A DNA stretch of 49,943 nucleotides from Octopus bimaculoides (Eukaryota), in contig NC_068989.1 of NCBI RefSeq assembly GCF_001194135.2, forward strand, positions 63,572,049-63,621,991, given 5' to 3'. The position numbers and the translations under genes are program-made. Of this stretch, positions 40,095 to 49,943 are shown in pieces. The notes beneath the pieces were generated by a model that saw only the letters and a list, made by a program, of their open reading frames with translations, was not told the DNA's origin and made no database searches. Positions within the stretch are counted from its first letter, which is position 1. Each line of letters opens with the position of its first letter.

Positions 40095-40340
40095 GTGATG
40101 ATGGTGATGATGGTGATGATGGTGGTGGTGGTGGTGGCGGCGGCGGCGGCGGCGGCGGTGGTGGTGGTGGTGATGGTGGTAGTGGTGGTGGTGGTGGTGG
40201 AGGTGACGACGACGATGATGATGATGATAATAATGACGACGACGACGATGAGGACGATGACAACAACAACAACAACATATTAATGATAATAATAATAATA
40301 ATAATAATAATCACAATAATAATAATAATAATAATAATGA
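40016..40340. repeat. Compound RRY trinucleotide microsatellite (AAT/AAC/GAT/GGT/GGC/GAC)
   Basis: Directly visible. It explains the poly-N/D/G and poly-P/S ORFs. Confidence 0.97.
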
Positions 40341-40945
40341 TAGCAACAGTACCTACACGATAATTTGCTCATACGATTCCAATATTAAGCCGGACAACAG
40401 AAGATATATGCGATTTCATCCTACATTTAAGTATATCTAATCTCTTTCTTTCCCTATAAAATGTTTAAGGAGATTGTTTTGATTTTTAAAATCAATTTTC
40501 ACTTATTTATTTTGGGGCATTTTTTTTTTTTTTGCATGCATTGATATGTAATCTTTGAGATTTTTCTCGTTGTTTTTTATGTTGTTTTTCTTGTTGTTTT
40601 CCTGATATTTTCATTTTCCGGGCAACTTTTGGTATAGTTTCAGAATTAATTTAATATTGGGTTGCTATACAGTGCTCTGAGAGAGTCAGCTAGAATTCCA
40701 TTTATCTTTATTAACATTTGAATTTATTTTCAGCGTACGTGATAAAAATAAATGTTCACGGTGCATATATACGTAAATGTGTGTGTATGTGCACGCATGC
40801 AGATTGAGTAAGGAAAGGAAAATATTTAACAGGGATTTACTCAACATAAATGTGAGTCCAAAAACACACGATCTTTACTGCATACATGAATACACCGAAT
40901 ACATGTACCGCTTTCATGTACACTCAAGTATATATGTCTGGCTGA

Positions 40946-40982
<37 letters not shown>

Positions 40983-41063
40983 TGACTATGCTTGTATGTG
41001 TATAAATTTATATGTGTGCATATATACATATCATACATATATATGACATATATATTTGTATGC

Positions 41064-41111
<48 letters not shown>

Positions 41112-41889
41112 GCCTGGCTTCTTTGAGCTTCCCACGTTCGAATCTGCTGGAACGTATTATGAATGAATATGTTTGCCATTCTTTTGGTTTTGACTGTTCT
41201 CCATGCACGTGAAAAATTATTGCATTAAAAGAAACATCTTTATAAAAATTAAAATTGCTACCGCAAGGAAATTTTTTCTTTGTTTCTCCAGCAAAGGGAA
41301 AAATTCTAGTAAAACATCAAAACACAAAATCCGTATGATATTCAGGAGATCGCCCATATGGAAACCAGTAGCTTATGCGGTCAATTTGTGTTATTTCCCT
41401 TCTCTGATTTCATTTTTACTGTGTTATTATGACATTATAGTGGGCCAAAACATACAATGAGTCAAATTTTACATGTAAACCTCTTGTAACTCATGAAGTA
41501 TGCAAGAGTATGTGATAAAGATATAGTCATAAGAAATAATATACTGAAACATGACAATACTCTCATGAATGCATACAAAGACAGGACTTTCATATAACTG
41601 TGCGGTTTAATTTTGAGAGATTTTGTCATGATTCCCTGTAATAATTTCATCTTTTCAGTGCGGACCGTCTGCATTGCCACTATTTTTCGATTTCGCTCTC
41701 CAGAAAGGAAGAAAGTTTTCTAATTAAATGTGAAATTTCACGAACGAAATTCGCATTCTTTTGAAGGTAGCTGAAAGTTCACAGAGTCTGAAGAAATGCC
41801 TTGCCACCAAAAGCGGTTAGCTGATAGAAATGTAAGCACACTAAACAAAATGCTTAATGAGCTGTAAAGTAGAGCTTATGCTCTGATTT

Positions 41890-42175
41890 ATTAATGTGGT
41901 GAGGTCTTCATTACTTTTCATTCGTTTGGGGTCGATGAATACATTGAACACTAGGGTCGATGTTATTGACTAATCGCCTTCCTCCAAAATTTCAGGCCCG
42001 GTGATTATAATAGAAAGGATTATTATTAAAGTAGTGAATCAGCAGAATCGTTAACTCGAGTGACAAACTTATTTGTGGTATGTCTTCCAGCTTTACGTTA
42101 TGAGTTCAAATGCTGCCAAAGTCGACATTCCGATTCATCTTTCGGTGTCAATAAAATAAGTACCAGTTTAGCTCT
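41890..42175 (+). mobile_element. SINE family A, tandem pair joined through an ATT tail
   Basis: The 3' half of one copy ending tagaaaggattattatt is followed directly by a new head aaagtagtgaatcagcagaatcgtta..gagttcaaat. Confidence 0.7.
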
Positions 42176-43013
42176 AACGTGTCTCCTTCCCCTGCCGATG
42201 GTCTATGTAGATATTTAATGAAGTACAGTAGGATGAAAGGTATTAGTTTTCTTTCTGAAACGCATGATTAGCATTTCTTTTACCAGCGATGGGGAAGACA
42301 TGTCATTGTAACAGTTATGAATAGTGTTAGAGAACTGAAATTAATTAAACTGTACATTAAAGGTATTTTTAGTAGAGGGTTAAATGAGTCGTTTAGCGCT
42401 TTTTCTGTGGTACTCACAAAAAAAATTATTCTTTGATTAATATATAACCTTCTCCCATGCTATTCCTAAGTGATACATGGACTTTAATAAACCGACCTGC
42501 AGCCTTAGGCTAGCAAGCGTATTGACGCCTCCCAGCCGACCACATATGCAGAATTTCCTTTTTTTTTCTTTCTGGTAACGAGCTGTTCTTCTACACTTTC
42601 AACATCAAACCACGTTTGTGAGCCTCATTTTATCATGACCCGGCCAAACACTAGCCATTTCAACCAGTAATGCACAGAGGGATTCCTCTGGAATTCCATC
42701 ATTACTGAATGGTTTTCCTGCTGTTACAAGCGACTACAGTTTAATGAGAGTATTCGGTAGAAAGAATTCGGTAATATTTCAGGACCAGCGAAGACTGGGG
42801 ACACAGCAGATTCTCCCACACCAATCTAATAAATATACAACATTAAAATCAATATCTCTGAATTTACAACAGATCACTCTATATATAACAGAATATTTCC
42901 CAGGGTAAGAATAACGTAAGTATATGTTTAATTGAGTTTTTTGTTGGGGTTCTTTTTTTTGTATAGAGTAAATATCTTTTTTGTGCATTGCGTATCTCAG
43001 GTAATGAAACAAG

Positions 43014-43091
<78 letters not shown>

Positions 43092-43921
43092 NNNNNNNNN
43101 NNNNNNNNNNNNNNNNNNNNNNNNNNNNNNNNNNNNNNNNNNNNNNNNNNNNNNNNNNNNNNNNNNNNNNNNNNNNNNNNNNNNNNNNNNNNNNNNNNNN
43201 NNNNNNNNNNNNNNNNNNNNNNNNNNNNNNNNNNNNNNNNNNNNNNNNNNNNNNNNNNNNNNNNNNNNNNNNNNNNNNNNNNNNNNNNNNNNNNNNNNNN
43301 NNNNNNNNNNNNNNNNNNNNNNNNNNNNNNNNNNNNNNNNNNNNNNNNNNNNNNNNNNNNNNNNNNNNNNNNNNNNNNNNNNNNNNNNNNNNNNNNNNNN
43401 NNNNNNNNNNNNNNNNNNNNNNNNNNNNNNNNNNNNNNNNNNNNNNNNNNNNNNNNNNNNNNNNNNNNNNNNNNNNNNNNNNNNNNNNNNNNNNNNNNNN
43501 NNNNNNNNNNNNNNNNNNNNNNNNNNNNNNNNNNNNNNNNNNNNNNNNNNNNNNNNNNNNNNNNNNNNNNNNNNNNNNNNNNNNNNNNNNNNNNNNNNNN
43601 NNNNNNNNNNNNNNNNNNNNNNNNNNNNNNNNNNNNNNNNNNNNNNNNNNNNNNNNNNNNNNNNNNNNNNNNNNNNNNNNNNNNNNNNNNNNNNNNNNNN
43701 NNNNNNNNNNNNNNNNNNNNNNNNNNNNNNNNNNNNNNNNNNNNNNNNNNNNNNNNNNNNNNNNNNNNNNNNNNNNNNNNNNNNNNNNNNNNNNNNNNNN
43801 NNNNNNNNNNNNNNNNNNNNNNNNNNNNNNNNNNNNNNNNNNNNNNNNNNNNNNNNNNNNNNNNNNNNNNNNNNNNNNNNNNNNNNNNNNNNNNNNNNNN
43901 NNNNNNNNNNNNNNNNNNNNN
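43092..43921. other. Assembly gap (830 N). Other gaps: 11615-11717, 13297-13306, 16311-16685, 32548-32557
   Basis: Runs of n, mostly flanked by (TA)n. Confidence 1.
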
Positions 43922-44209
43922 TCTTTTAAAATATTTTTCACCCAATTCCCTATGTAGAAATACTTAGGTTTTGCTATTTATTCACAAAGAGTTGGAAAAA
44001 TTTCTCTGTTAACTTCACGTTTTTATCGTTGTTCCATATTTTACGGCTATTCAAAATATTTAAATTTCGTTACTTTCTTACTTTCACTTGTTATAATTTT
44101 GAATAGAGAACCGATGAAAAAAAATTCTCATTTCATAATTTTTTTTTTCCTTATAATAACAATCGCATTCATAACGTTGATATTATTTATTTATTTAGGT
44201 GTCTTAAAG

Positions 44210-44480
44210 CAAACACACATACACGCGCACACTCACATACATACATGCATACACACACATACACAAGATCAAACACACACACGCACATACACACTGGTAT
44301 ATTTGTGTATGTGTGTGAGTAGGCCTGTGCATGTGTGTGCGTATGTTTTAATAGAAAGATGTACATGTGTATGTATAGAAATAGGTACATAAACCTGTAC
44401 ATGGATACACGCAGACACCCACGCGCGCACGTACACACACAGAGGCATATACATTATCTATCTATATATATGTGCATGTG

Positions 44481-44522
<42 letters not shown>

Positions 44523-44919
44523 TATGTGTATATATATATATATAGGCACATATACATGTATATATATGCGTGTGAGTGTGTACAGAGACTTTGGAGATAA
44601 AGGTAGTGAGAAGTGGAATTGATAGACAAATTGTACAACTGTGCATGTGAGGGAGAATGTCCAATAAAGAAAGTGAAAGTTATATAACATATACTATGTA
44701 TTGATTGCACCATTCACTACGATTAATGCCATCGAAGAGTATTTCCGACTAACTCGTACAAACATAGTCACGCGTATATCTTTGCATACGTATATATGCA
44801 TTACAGGTGTATTTGAGTTCCTTAGTATATACGTATAACGTATATAGAGAAGGACACATATATGCACAACGATACACAAGAAGAAATATATGAGAATTAA
44901 GTTCAAAATACAATGTAAA

Positions 44920-44970
<51 letters not shown>

Positions 44971-45490
44971 TATATATATATATGTCTATAAATATATGTA
45001 TATATGCATGTATGTATATATATGCATATATATATATATATATTATATACATATATATATAGAGAGAGAGAGAATTACATTGCAGCTTAAATATCTTTTA
45101 CGTATATGTATAGAGAGAGAGAGAGAGCGAGAGAGAGAGAGAGAGAGAGAAGAGAAGGAGAGAGAAATACATACATACTTACATGTATGAATGTGTATAT
45201 TTACACTCATATGTACCTACATATAGCTGTTTAATATTATACACATTTACAATCACATAGAATCACTGACACGTATATATGTATATGTACAAAGTCATAT
45301 GTATATATATATGAATATATATATATATTTATATATACATATATACACACATACATATATACATATACATACATATATACATATGCAATAAAATTACATA
45401 TACTTTTATACATTTATATATAAATACTTATATTCATATGTATATCATAATTTCACATATATACACACAAACACACTTAAACACACAACA
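44210..45490. repeat. Extended (CA)/(TA)/(TG)/(GA) dinucleotide low-complexity region
   Basis: Directly visible. Similar tracts lie at 1-34, 438-560, 720-850, 4936-5045, 5880-6090, 12470-12640, 22770-22920, 30170-30530, 40940-41110 and 43020-43091. Confidence 0.95.
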
Positions 45491-46579
45491 CATGTCTGTG
45501 ACCAATGACTGTAACCACTAAAAGAATAAAAGAATAAAAAGCTACAAATGTTATCTGTGATTGCGACAAAAACTGAATTCATCTCTAGAAATTATTCTTA
45601 AAATAAAGTATATTTTTATAACTTTATATAATTTTTATTGTTTCTTTCCTTATTCTGCACAGACTAGACATTTATGAATTCTGTTATAAATTGTAGTATG
45701 CGAAGTAAAATATATCAGAGATTCATTCTTTCTGGGAAGAAGACAGGAAACGAGAATTGTGTTGTACATAATGTTGAAAATTTTGCTCCACTTTTTAATT
45801 GCTTTCTATTAAAACCATGTGTTGCATTTGTCATTGTTCTCGAATTTGTCCGAATTCATACAGGAGAAATTTTATATGCTATATCTAGCAAGTCGAGACA
45901 CCGAGTCACTTGCTCTTTGGCAGAAATGAGATCCTGTTCTTCGTGATATTTTTGTTGCCTCATCCAGGCCAGCCTTAATCGAGCAGCCTTACAGAAATAG
46001 ATTTTGAGCTGACCGTGAGTTTTTTTCAAACACAGTGTATCAAGGGGCCTACTTCATTCTGTATTTTATTCCCTTTTTAATGTGATTGAACGTACGTTCA
46101 GAGGCGTTCTTGGTTGCTAGTTCTAGAAATCTCTAATGACTCAGAGAAGTTTTATGCTTGTTGTGTTTTCAAGGACATTTTTGCAATATAACGGTCATGA
46201 GATGACAATTGTAAAGATGATGTTGCTTTTTAATCTTGTATCAGCTCTTAGTATTAAGAAGTCATGATCGAAGATATATTCCAAGCATGGGCATTCTATT
46301 TCAGGTATGGCGCATCTAGTGTCACATTACCTAATGTGTTCTTCTTTTACGAAAGGAGATATGACATGGTAAAAGATACCAAGTCGAGCAATCACATCGA
46401 TACTAATGATAATTAATGATGATTATGAGGAGGACGAGGAGGAGGGACGGAGGAGACAACGAGTAAACGACGATGGAGGAGGAGAACGATCAGTAAACAA
46501 AAGTCATCTTACTTTGCTAGCTATGGACAGCTGAAACTCTCCACCACACCTAGCAAAATAAGCAGAGAGTTTTCGTTCA

Positions 46580-46912
46580 AATAATAATAATATTGATGAT
46601 GATGATTATGATGGTGATGATGATGACGACGACGACGACGACGACGACGATGATGATGATGATGATGATATTAATGATGATGAGGAGGAGGAGGAGGAGG
46701 GGAGGAGGGGGAGGAGCAACAGCAGCAGAAGAAGGAGAGGGGGGCAGGAGGTGGAGGAAGGACAGGAGGTGGAGGTGGAGCAGGAGATGGATCAGGGACA
46801 GGGACAGATGCAGTAGCAGCAGTAGGAGGAGCAACAGCAGTAGGGGGGGCAGCAGCAGCAGCAGGAAAGGGAGGGGAAGAAGGAGATGGAGGTGGAGCAG
46901 GAGGAACACAAA
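46580..46912. repeat. Purine-rich low-complexity tract (GAT/GAC, then GGA/GCA)
   Basis: Directly visible, with strong strand asymmetry. Confidence 0.92.
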
Positions 46913-47800
46913 TAAGTAGGATGCTCCAGCAACTCGAATTCCAATTTTCCATTCATTTTAACAGGTTGAGTGACCATATGTGAGCGTGCAGTATCGTCCA
47001 GCAATAACTCTTGCTTTGACAATAGAGCGTTTGGTTCGAATTGCTGGTTTCAGTTTGCTGGTCAGCATTTCACTGTAGACGACATTAGTAAGTGTAGATC
47101 CCCATTCCAGGTAATTTTCCAGTGTAGTACTTTTACATACTAAAAAAATGATTTCCGTTTTCTGCGGAAGTTTGAGTCGTGAATTAAATTTTTGCAGATG
47201 ACTCTGCATATTACCACTCCATATTCGGCCCTTTGGATTATGGCTGTTCTGACTGTTCTCTCCAAAAGTGTTTCACCTTCATCGTTGTAAGGGTCGAGTA
47301 AGCGTGCTAGATCTCCACACGATTGCGCTTAAGCGCTTCGGTAATCTCTCTAGGCACCCATTTCACACAAACGTTACGGAAGCGAAGCTTGTCGCAGACG
47401 GTTTCGTATACAGAACCGTGATTAATTTGCAGAGAACATGCTATATCATCGATGGTCACTCGTTGATTCACCGGGAATATCACTTAAACTTTATAACAAT
47501 AGTGGAGTTTGATTAGCGTCCCGCCTCTTCTTCGTGTTTCACGCTTGTGCGGCCAATATTAAGCTTCTCTGTCCACTTATATAAATTTCCACGCGGTAGA
47601 GCGTTGTTCATGCACTGTACTGAAAGCCTGCGATAAACTTCAGCCCTTGACATATCTTTAGACCAGAGAAATTAGATCACTGATATCTATTCTTCCCTGG
47701 TGCACACTGACAACGGAGGGGCCCTGTTTACTCTGTAACACACGTAAAAAAAAACTGGAACAATGAAGGTCAAATCTCAGTTGTATAACCATAACAGTAC
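46913..47800 (-). mobile_element. Decayed mariner transposon, 3'-truncated
   Basis: The - strand reads PLSVCTREE..SVI*FLWS..YKW, RTSVKHEE..GR, RVTIDDIACSLQINHGSVYE..KLRFRNVCVKWVPR, LENYLEWGSTLTNVVYSEMLTSKLKPAIRTKR, LLLDDTARSH and FELLEHPTY. Confidence 0.88.
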
Positions 47801-49708
47801 CATCCTTTAATATTCGCCTCTGCCTTGGCTACAACAGAAAAACAGGAATTTTATAATTCTTGCTTTGTGTACTTCTATGAAATCTCATTGCGTTAAAAAA
47901 AGGGAATACTGTAACCATTGTTATAGAAGGGTATAACTGGAAAACAAAACGAAATGGTATTCGTAGTTGAAAAATCCAAGGCTATATGCGTGTCTCATCA
48001 GAGTTGACTTGCCGCTAAAATGTAACAAGAAAATCTTTCACAGAAGTATTAAAAATGGAAACTAACAATATTCTTAGAGAAGTCACTATATAGGTTACAA
48101 TCAACAAAGCGGGTATATCCTTTATCTGGTATAATAGCTTTGTATCTGGTTTAATAGTTGTGTGGGTTGATGTAGCAGAATGACTAAATTACTGTGGTGT
48201 AAGAGTAGATAAACGGAACAATCATTGTGGCAGTTTTTTTAGTAACAGAACAGTCGTGATTAAGCAGGCCTATTAGCAAAGGTGTTCCACTCATGACTAT
48301 CTCTTTTTAATAGGCATATTGTATCTAAGATTATATTATCTCACATCACCTTTCCAACTGTGGTGGTTAAAGAAAGATTTGGCTAGCATAATAGGAAGTC
48401 AACGACCACGTTGTTTCGAAATACCAGTAATATGACAGGATCGGCTTAATTAGGTGTACACAACTCTGGCCAACAAACTGCCAAATGTTTAATTTAGAGA
48501 TACATCAATTTTTTCTTTCATTAAATGGAGTTTTGGTAAAAAGCCATAAAAAATCGAGAATACATGACTTAATAGTGTAAATGTCAGAAAAGTAGACAAC
48601 TCTTGACATTAAATATAAAGGTGACAACACCCTTCACAAGTTGGATTCTAACACTGACATTCGACCACATATTTCGGAGAGAATATTCACATAAATCGCT
48701 TCCAATCCGTAACTAGTACTTATAGTGTCCACCCCGGTACGAACTAAAATCGAACTGTCCTTAGGCTCTGCCACTCTGGACAGTGACTTATTTAAACATT
48801 ACAGAAGATGTTTTAACTGACTACATTATATTTGTTGTGACGCTAGGGAAATAATTTAATGAGCAACTTATACTCACGCAAATATTTCTATTAGTTATGC
48901 TTCAATAAACCAATCACATAGGTGCTAATATCTTGGCAAATTTTAGCTAAAACTAAACGAGTTCCTTTGTTCTTGTGGGAGGGCAATATTTCCTATTAAC
49001 ACTGTATGTGGGTATCAATATCGCCAACTAATTTTCATGTTGTAGGGCTCCTGTTACTGTTGATATTCATGTAAGTTTTCTATTCCTTTGGTAATGGACA
49101 ATTTCTAATGATAAACGGGTTTGTGTTTGATTTAATGTTCAGTAAAGATTAACTACTTCATTGACACGCTTCGCTATCACACCTTATTTCATCTTCCCAG
49201 CCATAAGAGAGTTCTGAAAACATGGTTCGTTTCAGTAGGTCTCAATGCTGTAAGATTAAATTATGCGGAAGTTGATCGCAACCTGACACCTTCATAACAG
49301 CAATAATTCTGACACCTTTCAGAATTGCATGCCATGTAAAATTTCGCTATATACATGGGGATTACACTCATATAAAATAACAAGCGAAGAGATTTAAAAG
49401 GATATATTGGAATGTTTCAATTATAAGTTACTGTCAGGTGTCACAACGAAACATCTGTAATAATCATTAAATTACTTGCATATATCAGTTAATGCTATAA
49501 TAACGGTATTGATTTGTCTTGGTATTTTACGCTTCTAAGTTTTCGGAAGTTATAGCGAGAGGAAACACTAATATCCCGTCTTAAATAGCAATAAGAATTG
49601 ATTATGAAGGGTCCGCGATTTATTTTCTAATAGAAATTGTGTTGATAATTTAACACAATTGGGGTTGTATACTTGATTGGATATTTAAGGTGTTTTAGGA
49701 ACATGTCT

Positions 49709-49785
49709 CGGGATTCGAACTCGTTGTGTGGAAATTTTGGGTATGCGTAGTCTATCAATTCTCCAGACTATACTGCGACTATAAT
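49709..49785 (-). mobile_element. Degenerate tRNA-like (SINE head) remnant
   Basis: B-box GAGTTCGAATCCC on the - strand (49710-49722). No intact cloverleaf. Confidence 0.3.
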
Positions 49786-49825
49786 TTGTCAGACAAATTG
49801 TTTGGAAGCCTTTTATGAACAAATA

Positions 49826-49898
49826 CGTGTGTATGTGTGCGTACGCGTGTATGTGTGCGTGCGCGTGTATGTGTGCGTGCGCGTGTATGTGTGCGTGC
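49826..49898. repeat. 18-bp alternating purine-pyrimidine minisatellite
   Basis: GT(G/A)CGCGTGTATGTGTGC, about 4 copies. Confidence 0.85.
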
Positions 49899-49904
49899 AT
49901 ATAC

Positions 49905-49943
<39 letters not shown>

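Noticed and set aside
39922-40363. Poly-Pro/Ser and poly-Asp/Gly ORFs as real proteins (likewise 46577-46952 and 19762-20073)
   Set aside because: They are entirely trinucleotide microsatellite translations, with no unique domain or splice context.
42779-43957. Longest ORFs in the track (313-388 aa), also 16252-16770 and 11456-11818
   Set aside because: They are open only because they run through N gaps.

Overview
AT-rich, microsatellite-dense eukaryotic genomic DNA with five N-gaps. It is most likely intergenic or deep-intronic sequence of an octopus (coleoid cephalopod). That assignment is an inference from recognisable tRNA-derived SINE families and the repeat spectrum. I found no convincing host protein-coding exon, rRNA, tRNA gene or CRISPR array. 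Almost every ORF in the supplied track is a microsatellite, an N-gap or a transposon fragment. The recognisable content is decayed mobile DNA: a CR1/L2-type LINE (14.8-16.2 kb), two R4/Dong-type RLE LINEs (27.4-29.2 and 31.4-32.2 kb), a Penelope GIY-YIG fragment (21.8-22.4 kb), two mariner transposons and a Tc1-like fragment, a probable HERO-type LINE 3' end, a Helentron/HINE-like element and many SINEs. The most unusual observations are: (1) a head-to-tail array of seven same-orientation SINEs joined by a shared ATGCATCATAAT linker (7747-9299); (2) a 93%-identical copy of one array junction embedded in an unrelated element 2.3 kb away; (3) a 240-bp 67%-GC CpG island with perfect hairpins (18481-18720); (4) degenerate hammerhead-ribozyme-like motifs at Penelope-like ends; (5) a predicted pseudoknot in the HERO-like 3' UTR. 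None of these is demonstrated to be a new functional system. All protein similarities were judged by eye from family motifs, not by database search.
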